Below the pieces are notes generated by a model. The model was not told where the DNA came from and made no database searches. It saw nothing but the letters and a program-made list of their open reading frames with translations. A DNA stretch of 64,000 nt from Octopus sinensis (lineage: Eukaryota): assembly GCF_006345805.1 (NCBI RefSeq), contig NC_042999.1:95852001-95916000 (forward strand). Direction: 5' to 3'. Position numbers and translations under genes: made by a program. Positions 51,628 through 64,000 of the stretch are shown here, piece after piece (position 1 is the stretch's first letter; the number at the start of each line of letters is the position of its first letter).

Positions 51628-53749
51628 TACATTCTGTGTTCTAGTGGAGCTCAGATAGACATTAATTATCTCCCCTCATTTAGGGCTGATAGAGTTAAAA
51701 ATATCTTAAAATAATTTAGGTACAGCAGTTAATATGACATCACTGTCAGCCTTTTCCCCATCATTGACATCTTCATTGATTTCATGTCTGTCTTCCTTGA
51801 ATTAACTGCTTCAGAGCAATATTAGCATGATTTTAATATATTTGAATAAGTTGTCAGAAAATCTGATGCCATTTCATACTAAATGAAAAGAAATAAAATA
51901 TTTCCTGTTTTAATCCACAATTTATTTGGAAAGAAAGAACTATAAGGTTTTATGGTATAAATTTTCTTTTTTTTTTTGTGATTTTGGTTGGTTTCTTTAA
52001 TCTTCAACTTCATTGTGCTTTCTATGCCTGTCACTGTTCATTGGCACTAAGATTTAAAATAATGTCAAAAGTTTCTGCAGGCTTAATGTGGAATATATGT
52101 AATCAGCTATCACTTTCGCTTGTAAATAGACCTATTCAACTGTCTTTTTACATTTATTTCCATGAAAGTTGTCTTTGCAGTGATATTTTGTACATTGCAT
52201 AAATGGATCCTACTTTTGAAAGCTTTGTCAGATTTTCAGAAACCAGAATAAAACTATTCTTGAAAAATTCGAAATCTCATATATGATTATTTAGATTAGG
52301 TGATGAAGAAATATATTCTCATATTTCATAAGCTTGTTTCAGTCTTGAATTGGAATATAACTTCATTCATCTATTTAGTATTCATAATATAGTGAAATAA
52401 AAAAAATTCATTTTGGGAATATGTTAGGTGATAACAGATTAAAGACTATAAACTATCTAAAACATTCCTGTTACTGAAGTAAAGAAATTTTGGTTTGATT
52501 AAGAAGTGCTATAAACCCAGTCCAAAATGATGTAAACATTATTGAAGATAATTATTATGATACGAAGAAACTTATAGTGGTCAGCATCTTTAAGCAATAA
52601 TTTAGCACAAAATTCAGGCAATGGATATTGATAAGATATGAGAATATGAACTTTCTGTTTTAAAGTAGGTTCTTTACTAGAGTAAAATTAGAGAAGAGTA
52701 GAAAGTGAGTCAATAGATAATAAAGAAGCAAGAGATAAAAGGAGAATGATGGAAAGTTAAACAAGAGATAAGACTAAAGATGAGGAAATCAAGGCAGAAG
52801 ATTGTTATGATAACTAATTGAGTAGGAAAGGGTTGAAAGTTATTCAGAAGAAAGAGGAAAAATGACTAAATAAATAAAAGTTGGTATGAAGTCAAAGGGC
52901 CAGTGGCTACATAAATGGAAAGAAAGACTCAGAAAAACGGTACAAATGACATACATTATTAAATAAATGTTTCATTAAAAATATAGCCACTCAAGTTACA
53001 GCAAGATATAACATTATGACTACTTTTAGCCATATTAAGTTAATTAATATGCTGATGGAATGATAATAAAGAGAGTAAAATCACATACCAATCAAATTTT
53101 GACTTTGCTTAGGCATGGCTTCCAACACTAGCAATGTTTCCTTTTGTAAGGGTTCAAAAAGCTTTGATTGCATTGTTGTTGCAACTATCCAGTTACAGAA
53201 TACATTCTCAAAATAATTAATTTCAAATTTCATTTTGGATTATATTATATTTATGCTGCTGCTGTTGTTGTTGTTCTTCTTCTTCATGATTAAGTAGACT
53301 TATTATCGAAGGCTTTTCATCTGTGACCATCTATCTTTTAGCATATAAAAAGCTACTTTACTCTATGCATTCTTTTTTTTTTTTTAATAGTAGAAATGTG
53401 TTCGAAGCAACAGTTATATATATATATGATAATAAGTATATTTCTATAACACTTGTTTGGATATTTTACATTTTATATTTACTTTCTAATTAAAAGTGTT
53501 ACATGTAGAAATGTAGGGTTGTCAAACATAATTGAGGGAAACCGAGGTCAGTTGCAACTCTAGATGTTTTAAAAATACATAGTATGCTCCATTTATGAAT
53601 GGATGATAAAGATAATATAATTTAATGTGAAGTGATACAATAAATGAAAAGAACAAGGATATTTGTATTACAGTATAGAATAAAAATTACAATTAAGTTT
53701 TAATGACAAATATCCATAACAAATTTACTATGTGTGTGTAAGTGCATGT

Positions 53750-54105
53750 ATATATCATCACCGTCATCATCAGCTTATATCCACTTTCCCATGCTTGCAT
53801 GGGTTGGACAGAATTAGTTGAAGCAAGTTTTCTGCAACTGGATGCTCTCTTCTAAGCAAGGTAATGACCAGACATGTTTCTCATGGAAACAAACAATATT
53901 GTATGACAATGATGCTCTAAAAAGAGGATATTCAAATATGTATATGATGAGTTTCTTTCATTTTCTGACTATCAAATCTACTCACAAGGCTTTGGTAGTC
54001 TGGAACTATAGTACAAGATACTTGTCTGGGGTTATACACAGTAGGACTGAATGTAAGACTACATAGTTGAGAAGCAAGTTTCATAACCATACTGCTATGC
54101 CTGCA

Positions 54106-54140
<35 letters not shown>

Positions 54141-54780
54141 TCACACCAACACCACACAGACACACACACACACACACACACACAACACACAAGGCAATTA
54201 GCTAAGTTGCTAGAGCATTGGGCAGGATACATTATGCTATCAGTTTGGTCCTCTGGATTTTTACAGCAATGTTTGCAATGACACTAGTACAAACTATATA
54301 AGCCTTGTCTTTCTCTTATGTCTTCCTCAAAAGAGTCTTGCAGCCAAGTGTAAATACTCAGATACTCAAATTGCTCATAACAATGAATAGAGGTCATTCA
54401 TGCACATATATCACATACAGACACAAAGTACATGGCAGTATGGTTTGGGGTTCTGTCCCACAATGTGGCATCTTAAGTGTCTTCTACTATAGTCTTGGGC
54501 CAACCCGAAACTTGTCAGTGAATTTGGTGAATGGAAAATAAAAGAAACTTAATGTGTATGTGTATATCTGATTGTATATATGTTCATGTATGAATGTGTG
54601 CATTTGTGTGTGCATGCACACTTCTCATCTGAGTGTCTGCTGGCTGTGCTGTCAAACAGGTGTGGAATAAGCCTTACTTGAAAAAGGGTTAAATTTAGAA
54701 GAAAATCTGGGTGTAAAAACAATGCTTTACTGATATATACCTCTCGATTATGCTTTCATGGAAAAATGGACATAAAAAAA
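53750..54780. mobile_element. Cluster of RTE tail (53750-53850, minus) and two CORE-type SINEs (53955-54107 minus, 54415-54780 plus)
   Basis: cccatgcttgcatgggttgga; aagtgtcttctactatagtcttgggccaacc...gtgaatttggt and its reverse complement. Confidence 0.65.
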
Positions 54781-56267
54781 AATGAAATTAACAATACATA
54801 TGTACCTACATACACACACATATATACATGCATACACACACACACATATACATACAAACATTCTAATTCTCTGGTAAATTACGTTCATTGCAACTGTATT
54901 TTGGAGACTTTAACTGGGTGATACATGCATCAAAAATTGCATGTATAACACTTTAACTTTGATTGGCAGTATTAGGATGTATTCATCCATTTCTCTTGTC
55001 TAAGTTTGACAGAATTGGTGGATGCAGAAAATGGTTAAGAAACTGGGTGTCTACATACGCACACACTGCATAAAACACTGTTAATTACAGAAATCCAGAA
55101 CGATATCTGCCAAAGATAATGAGAAGTTTTAACTATGTAGATAATGGGAAATGAATGACAGTACAACCAATACATGTGCTGAGAAATGAAACAGTCTAGT
55201 CATAGAAGGCTAGACAATTTTATAAAGAACAAATGATTACATTGCAATCATTTTTGTGTAAACCAAAATCATCAAGGAATCACTTGATGACATTCTGAGA
55301 AAAGTTAGTTAACCTAAAATATTGTTTTTTGAAGAATGCAGGATACATCTTGAGCTTAATTCCTTTCAAACTTTTAAGTGTATAACAGATATCTCAGAAA
55401 CCTGTTCCAGAATAGAAAATGGAAGATTATCAGAATTTTCTCTTTATTCTCTCTAAAAATAGAAAATAATGCTGATAAAAACATAAGCTTAACTAAAATT
55501 GGCAATTTTTCTCTTTGTGTTTGAATGCTACTTAAGTGTTCCAGTATAATGTGTAAGAATAAGTCCTTTAGTAATTTCTTTAATACATTATTCATTGGCT
55601 TTAGATCTCCATTTTTAGTTTTTAGCATTTAATTCATGTCCTTTATTACATCTTGATATAAGAAAATATAAAATTCAAGAAAATTAAATTAGCTAATATT
55701 GATTTTTTTTTCTAACTAGCTTTTGGCTATATGCTCAGCAAATCCAGTGATTTGAAAATAGTGGCAACATCCATTTAAAGAATGGCTTAACCCAGGACAG
55801 TATTGGGTTTGGTGGGAAAATAATTTTACCACACATTTACATAAAAATATACATTCACTTAAAAGCAATTATAACTTTTCAAATGTTATGGTTATGTCAG
55901 AAATATATGATACTTATAGATTTAAATTCTGGATGATACAATGTTAGTTTGCTGGGATTGTGAAATAATTTAGGAAAACATTAAACTTAAACTGAAGCCA
56001 ATTAAATGTATTTGTTGAGTCATCAAGAATAGTGGAAAAAGAGGAATCCAAACTAAGTAAATAAAAATGGTGTCAAACAAAAAGCTTTTCGGCAGAAACA
56101 GCAACACTGTAAATATGTTTATTTAGCTTTCTTTTAACATGACACAATCTATTTTTACTTAATATAATCAGCTGAGTCTGCCATATCTTATAGGTATTTA
56201 TTTAATCAAATCTGAAAGAATGATCAACAAGATAGTTATACTCTTGCAGAATTTGAACTTAGAAATG

Positions 56268-59200
56268 TTCATCAACATCATCATCATTGCTTAACACTTA
56301 TTTTCCATGCTGGCATGGGTTGGATAGTTTGACTGAGGTCTGGAGAGCCAGCAGCTGCACCAGGCTCCAATCTAATCTGGCAATGTTTCTACAGCTGGAT
56401 GCACTTCCTAATGCCAACCATTCCAAGAGTGTAATGAGTGTTTTTTACATGTCACCAGCATAGGGGCCAGTCAAGCAGTCCTGTCATTGATAACATTTGG
56501 ATAGTGCTTTTTACATGTGACCAGCACGGGAGCCAGTCAGAGGGTACTGGCATCAGACATGTTTGGATGGTGCTTTTTACATGCTACCGGCATGGGAGCC
56601 AGTCAGGTGGCACTGGCATCAGCCATGTTCGGATGGTGCTTTTTATGTGCCACCAGCACGGGAGCCAGTCAGGGACACCAGCATCAACCACATTCAGATG
56701 ATGCATTTTACATGCCACCAGAACGGGAGCCAGTCAGGGAAACCTGGCCACAGCTATGATTTTGGTTTTACTTGACTCAACAGGCCTTCTCAAGCATATC
56801 GTATCACCTGATACATCAGGGGTACTCTTAAATGGGCCTGACATGCAACTCTGGCATCAGCTATGGTTGCGATCTCACTTTAGTTGCTGGGTCTTTTCAA
56901 TCACTGCATACCTCCAAAGGTCTCAGTCTCCTGTCATTGCCTCTGTGAGGCCTAATGATCGTAGGTCATGCTCCACCACCTCATCCCATGTCTTCCTGGG
57001 TCTACCTCTTCCACAGCTAGGGAGTGGCACTTCTTCACGCAGCTGTCCTCATCCATACATAACACATGACTATACCAGTGCAACTGTCTCTCTTGCACAC
57101 CACATTTGATGCTTCTTATGTCCAACTTTTCTCTCAGGGTGCTTGCACTCTGTCGTGTATGTACACTGACATTACACACCCAGCAGATCATATTAGCTTC
57201 ATTTCTTTCAAACCTACGCATGTCCTCAGCAGTCATGGCTCATGTTTCACTGCTGTATAGCATAGCAGTTTGCACACATACATCATACAGTCTACATTTC
57301 TTCCTGAGCAAGGGGCCCTTAGTTGCTAGCAGAGGTGGAAGCTCCCTGAACTTTGCCCAGGCTGTTCTTATTCTAGCTGCTACACTCTCAGAGCACCCCC
57401 ACTACTGACTTGGTTGCCTAGATAGTGGAAGCTACTAACTACTTCTAGTTTTTCCCCATGGCATGTGACGGAATCTGTTTTCAGTATTTATTGCCCCGGT
57501 GCATCTATCACACAAACAACTATCTTCCTGGTTACCCCTCTTTTGATATTGCTGCACCTTTTATGTGCCCCTATCTTACACTGGGTACATTGTATGAAGT
57601 TTCTACCCATGCCTTTTCTACAGATTGAGCAAGGCCATCTACCTGAAAAGATTTGTGATTTGTCAGCCTTTCTACATACTAAGACTTTGGTTTTTGCTAG
57701 GTTAACCCTAAGGGCACTTCAATTCTAGACGTTGCTTTCACACCATAAACTTTGTCTCTAGTTCTGGCAGTGACTTGGTTATTAGAGCAAGGTTATCAGC
57801 ATAGAGGAGCTCCCAAGAGCAGCCTGTCTTGAATTCCTCTGTTATTACCTGGAAGACTATGATGAATAAGATGGAGCTGATGACTGATCCTTGGTGAACC
57901 CCTACTTCTACCCAGAATTCTTCATTATACTCATTGCCAACACTCACCGTATTGACAGCATCTCTGTAAAGGGTTTGTATAGCTCTCACCAGCCTCTCGT
58001 CTATCTCCAGTTTCCACATTGACCACCAGATAAGGGATTGGGGGACCCTGTCAAAGGCTTTCTCCAAGTCAACTAAAGCCACATAGAGAGGTTTATCTTT
58101 GGCTAGATATTTCTCTTACAGTTGCCTTATCAGAAATATAGGATCAGTGGTGCTTCTGCCTGGCACAAAACCAAACTGCATCTCATCCTGGATAACTCTC
58201 TCCCTAATTAGTTGGGCTATGACCCTCTCTGTAATTTTCCTCACCTGATCCAATAATTTGATACCCATATAGTTATTTCTATCTAAAGCATCACCTTTAA
58301 CTTTGTAGCAGTTGACTATGGTGCTACTACACCAGTCATTGGGTATGACTCCTTCAAGATCTACCTGATTTACAATGTGGGTGACAAGACTATAACCCAC
58401 ACCACCCAATATTTTAAGCATCTCAGCAGTGATTCCTGATGAGCTGGGTCCTTTCCTTGCCTTCATATCTTTAATCAATTGAGGGACCAGAGTACTGTTG
58501 ATTCGTGTAGCTGGTCCCTCAATTGGGTCAACCTTTGACACTCTCCTCTGCCCATTCATTCTCCACATTCAGCAGTCTTTCATAATGCCATCTCCAAGCC
58601 TCTTTCTTTGCAGAATCATTAAATGCAAGGGCATCATCATCCATGCAGACACATTTTTCTCCTATGGCATCATGGTTTTCTCTCACTCACTGTCTTGCAA
58701 TCTGAAATACTTCAGTTCTTTGGTCCTTACATCACTGAACATTGGCAAACTTCTTCTTTTCTGATACTCCCTTTACTGTATATATACCTGTCTCTTAGCT
58801 TCCCTTCTGGCTATCTGATACATTCTCCTGCTACTCCCACTCTTCCAGGCCTGTTTCTTTGCTCTAATAGCCCTGTCTACAGTATTGTTCTACTACCACG
58901 TTACCCTAAGTCTGTAAGGTACTTTGTGTCAGTCACAGATTTGGTCTGTGGTGCTCAGCAAGCTGTCTCACAGGAATTCCCAGCTGCCTTCTATGTCACA
59001 GAACTGTAGCTCCTCCCTATCAAATTTCTCAGTAAGGATATCCCTAAATCTCTGACCATGTGAAGGGTTCTTAAGCTTCTAAGTCCTTCTTTTCCAGATT
59101 GGTCTGCTTATTGGCATCCTTCTGGCTTTCAGTCTAAAGTCACTAATAACTAGTCTATGTTGGGAGGTACATTCTTCACCAGGGAGGGTCTTCATATTTA

Positions 59201-59270
59201 AGAGCAACTATGCATCCCACTGTCTGGTGAGAATGAAATCAATCTGGCTAGCAGAGTTACCTTATTAATA
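56268..59270 (-). mobile_element. Older RTE copy (end of EN, RT, PHD, 3' UTR with five modules, tail)
   Basis: ORF pieces 58116-58568, 57738-58082 and 56952-57236 align with the 29.3-32.2 kb protein; multiple frameshifts and stops; YADN replaces YADD. Confidence 0.95.
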
Positions 59271-59279
59271 TGTTATCAG

Positions 59280-59605
59280 GTCTGTATGGAGTTTCTATCA
59301 GCACTTTCTACATATCGAGCAGGGTCATCTCCCTGAAGGGATGAGTGATTTGTCTGTTTTCTTACTTATTATAACTTAGGCCTTTGTTAGGTTAACTCTA
59401 AGGCCCTTTGATTCCAGACTTTACTGCCACACCTGAAATTTCTTTTCTAGTTCGGGTAGTGATTCAGCATTAAGAACAAGGTCATCAGTGTGCAGGAGCT
59501 CCCAAGGGCAGCTAGTCTTAAATTTCTCTGTTATGGTCTGCAGGACGGTGATAAACAAGAGGGGGCTAAGAATTGATCCTTGGTGAACTCTTACTTGTAT
59601 ACTGA
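59280..59605 (-). mobile_element. Separate RTE RT fragment
   Basis: VHQGSILSPLLFITVLQTITEKFKTSCPWELLHTDDL. Confidence 0.9.
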
Positions 59606-60789
59606 ATTTATGGCTGATCTGAGATAAATAACTACATGGAAGAGTCATTGTAGAAGCTTTGCTTTTCATTAATGCTATTAAAGCTTGTAAATGTTATTGT
59701 ATCAGGATTTTAGATTTTTCCTATGTAGAATGTCTTTATATTCAATTTAGATTATCAGTTTATATAATAATTGTATCTAGAATGTTAATTATGGTTATTA
59801 CATCTCCAACTGGCAGTAAGTATGTGCATGTAGTTGCATCTGTGTGTAACAGGCCTGCATGATTTTAACACAATAAACTTAGCAGTCATTGTTATACAGA
59901 CAAAAAGATTATTTTACTTAATGTTCATAAATTTTAAAAGAACACTTTTTACTAAAATCATTTGCGACTTATATCCTGCATTATATGTCAACCATTCACA
60001 AATGGATAGCCATATATGTGAAGAAAGAAAAGCTTGCAGACATTAGTAAACTTCTGAGGGATTTTCTAGAGTGAAAAAAGTTTGTATCAAAAGCTACTCA
60101 CACAATACATCAATAATTATATTGTATCAGCTAGTTTTCTCGTCCTATTTGTATCAACTTATTGGGTACTTTGTAAAATGTGTCATTTCCACTGAACATG
60201 ATGTTTCTCCTACTGAGAAGAGAAAAAAATTGTCAGAAAAACTCAATAATGATGGAATATCAGATCATGAAAAGCAATATTGGGTTTTGTTCTTTCTTTT
60301 TTGTTTATTTGATGTACATTGAGAAAACATAAAAATTCTAAGTTGCTAAATGTTAATTAAGTTTCTTCTAAACAGTTTAAAGGAAATAATAATGACTTTT
60401 GATTTTATAGCTAGAAAAAAAAGTGATCAATAAGCAAAACAAAAATGGTTCAGATACTGAAGAACTGTGGTTGGGCAGTATATTAGTGTAGTTTAATATA
60501 CTAGGCTCAGCTTTCCTAAATGTTTATCTCATTTGTGTAACACTGATCAGTGTCTTTCAGATTATTTAATTTCTTTAAGTTTTACATATGAAACCAGAAC
60601 TGAATAACACATATAAATAAAATTATATTGAAGTAATAAAAGAAATTCTTTGTCAAGATCATAAAAATATCTCAAGAATTTTTCAAATATTATTAGTGCT
60701 GACAAGCATAAAGGAGTATAATTGTTGAAGAGAGAAACTCAATTCCAGAGCAACTTAATATCTGACAACATTAGCCAGTGATGTAGCAT

Positions 60790-62012
60790 AAATACGGAAG
60801 CTAATTAGATTAGATGAGATGCAGTTCAAATTTATTTGAGGATGAAATACCACTTGAAGCCTTTTTCCTGCTGAGCTAACTACACTGATGATGAAGCTAA
60901 ATCTATTAAAAATTTAGAGAATAATATTCAAACATGGATTCAAAGTCTAGAATCAAGAGGGTTCAAAGTAAGCCAAGAAAATGCTGATGTCTTTTCAGAA
61001 ATGAGGACAAGATTCTACTGCCAAATGGGATTGATCATCCTCAGTAAGGAAAAATGGATAGGTTGGAATTCCATATGGTATACCCAATGTAAACTATAGG
61101 CAGACAGGAAGAGTAGAGGGATCAACAGCAGGGTCTATAAGAGGAGAGTTCTAGTGGTAAAGGGTCCAGCAGACCAAGGAGGAACCCATGAATATCTAAA
61201 AAACAATCCTCACAGTGTCTTTGAATTTCCAGAGGACTCCTACTCTTGAGGCTCAAAAACAACCTTATTCTGCTATGCTAAATATCTTTGAGAGGCCCTG
61301 ATTACAAGATATGAGAGAAGAAAAGACTTTGTATGTGGTAGATACATTGAACAAGTTGACAGTAAGAGTACCCAGAAAACAGATTCTTTAAAATTCTTAG
61401 AAGGCTTCATAGAAATAATCCATAACTTTAGTTGCTTAGTTCACCTGATTTCTAGTGGTGAAGTGAGTGTACTAAAATCATAATAACCAAAATAAAACAG
61501 AGTGAGAAATTTATTACTTCTGCTGACAAAAAAAAAATTACTTTCTCTGTGAATGAAGGATAGATTGTATGATGTGTATGAAGTGTGATGTTTCATGGTA
61601 GTGAAGAAATGGAAGTTGAATGCTGAGTATGTGCAAAAGCTGGTAAAAAGTGAAATAAGCATACTCCACTAGATGTACAATGTTATTGGGCATAAGTAAA
61701 GAACACAAATGAGCCAAGAGGAAAACTGGGTCTAAGAGTAATCAAATACTGTGTGCAATTGAGATAACCACACTGATACAAATATATGATGTGTAAGAAG
61801 GATGAGAGTTTGGTACAGAAATTTGGAGAGATCCAAATGGAAGGAACCTGAGGAAGACATGGATAGAAGTGGTAAAAGCAGATCTCAGAATGCTGAACAT
61901 CATGGCAGAGATGGTATGTGACTGAAACAAGTATTAGCATCTAGCATAGGAGAAAATTTACCCAATCCAGGCAATTATGGAAATATGGATGCAAAAACGG
62001 TGATGATGATGG
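60790..62012 (+). mobile_element. Highly degraded RTE copy
   Basis: ttagatgagatgcagttc, ctagaatcaagaggg, gatagattgtatgatgtg, ggaagacatgggatagaagtggtaaa and a gatgatgat tail, colinear with 30810-32766. Confidence 0.8.
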
Positions 62013-62025
62013 TACTTGTATGTTT

Positions 62026-62082
<57 letters not shown>

Positions 62083-62889
62083 ATATATAGGAAGGGAGGA
62101 AGACAGGCACATAGGAAGGTAAAAAGGTCTATATGTTTGTCTTTCAGTCTTACTTTCTTTTAAAAGACAATATTGGCTAGTGTATAGAAATAATTCATTT
62201 CAAGTTTAGTCTTTACAAATTCCATGGATTTCTAAAGATTGCTTTGATATTGATTACAGTTTAAACTGACCTTTAAAGGTCACTGCCTATCAGAGAAAAT
62301 ATAACATAAACTGACCTTTAAAACATATTGTTTAGTAATCATGTTGCTAGTAATAATGACTTGGATAACAGTTTCAATAAGACAAACTTTCCTTTTGTAT
62401 AAGATCCTAGTCTATAACAAATTATCTTTCTGCAGAAGATAAACAGAACCAAATACAGTTGGATAGTGTGGAATTCTTGAAGTATTGTTATATTTGAATA
62501 TAAAAATTTTTTTAAATGAGTACTGAAATCTACTACAGAGCAGAATACAGAGAAAATGCATTTGATATTTTGCTTTCAGTAAGCTGTAGTAATAAAATAA
62601 AGGAATTTAATATGAATATTAACAGAAAGCAATAGCAAAACTACCAAGCTGCAGAAACTCAGAATGCAGTGAAGGATGGATATGTTATTCAAATCAGCTA
62701 ATGTGACTATCTAAAAGTTCATGTCTCTTCATGTTTTGAGGTATTAAATGTTTCATGATCACATCTTTAAATACAATTTTCTAGTATTCTTATTGAAATA
62801 ATTAGCAGGAGTACTGAACCAAGTGGGCATAACTTTTTCATTAAATGGATCTATGTCATTCATATTGCACATGATTGTAAGGTAATTCT

Positions 62890-63990
62890 TCCTCTATACA
62901 AAGGAAATACTCAATGTACTCTATATCACAAGTGATGCATTTATGCTGCTTTTGAACCCTACTCTCAAATCTTCTCTGGAAAAAATAAAGGGGTACAAAG
63001 TCACACCTATGCTTTACTTAGTTCTTCACAGCTACTTTCACTAATCTGTTTCATCAAATTGTTGCTGCCAAAAACGGCCCTTCATTTGTTGGACTGAACA
63101 GGTGAAAAATCTGAGGGATCCAGATTGTACAGTAGATGGGTGACTACTAACCTATTTGTTAATTGTTTGATTTGTATGGTTGTGTGTGGTCATGCATTGT
63201 CATTGTAAACATGGATTGTTTCTGATTATTGTTCAGTCTCTTCCTCCTAATAACGTCTCTAAACTTTTTGAGTTTCAATGTACCACTGGCTGTTCACAGA
63301 AGTATGACATTCTAGAATACCAAGGAGAATGATCCACCCTCACAAAGAATCACCTTGATTTACTACTTACTCTTGAACTTTTTAAGCTTTGGAGAAGAGC
63401 TGTGACATCATTCCATGGACTGAACCTTCATAATGATATGCCCAAGTTTCATCTTTGGTAAAAAAATGTCTTCAGTTTCAAATGCTTCCAGCAGATCAGA
63501 GCAGACTTCAATCCATCCTTCATTCAAAGCAAGTATCAACTGTTGTGGTACTCAAAATTTTCCACCATCTTCTGTTATGTGTTATGACCATAGTCCAGAT
63601 GTACAACAAGCTCATAGACTGTGATTCATCTGTCCACATGGATTAATTCAACCACTTGTTAGCAGTTCACATCACTAGTGATTTGTCTTCAATATTGTTT
63701 TCCACTTCTTTAAACTTCTTCATCTATCTGTATACATTGGTTTTATCAATGGTATTATCTCTACATATGACCTGTAGCATTCTATAAAAGTTGGACAGTC
63801 TAGTCCTTCCTTCATCAAGAACTCAATGACAACTCATTATTTTTTAGAAGCCATTATTTACCTTCAATAAACAAGATCAAGAAGGAAAATTACTATAATG
63901 GAAGAGTTTCTCCAATACATGCAATTTAAATTACCTATGTCAGTTAATAAATATGTTATTCTTGTTTTCAAATGGCTTTTGGTACAATCT
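62890..63990 (-). mobile_element. Degraded mariner transposon
   Basis: Minus strand DETWAYHYE at about 63425-63453 and decayed N- and C-terminal mariner segments. Confidence 0.75.
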
Positions 63991-64000
63991 TTATGAACAT

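Overview
AT-rich eukaryotic (metazoan) DNA. The repeat content (RTE LINEs with (GAT)n tails, tRNA-headed SINEs with Nin-like and CORE-like domains, dense TA/CA/GA microsatellites) suggests an octopus intron or intergenic region; this is inference from repeat types, not a database match. No host protein-coding gene is confidently identifiable, although a few + strand splice-like signals exist. The main contents are a young, 5'-truncated RTE retrotransposon (29.35-32.77 kb, one frameshift, C4HC3 PHD-type finger inside its RT), older RTE copies, R4/Dong-like LINE relics, two Penelope-like relics, mariner/Tc1 relics, a non-autonomous Helitron and many SINEs. Signals not explained by the ORF track are: (i) three type I hammerhead ribozyme motifs with long stem II and palindromic stem III, two next to Penelope relics and one with an intact core, plus a weaker fourth; (ii) two foldback elements built from two inverted transposase 3' ends, one of whose centre was replaced by a recent microhomology-joined copy of DNA from 7.7 kb away; (iii) a variable-number array of ~65-nt double-hairpin modules in RTE 3' UTRs; (iv) a candidate recursive splice site or 30-nt microexon; (v) an isolated near-perfect hairpin. 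No CRISPR or prokaryote-type system is present. All alignments and folds were done by eye.
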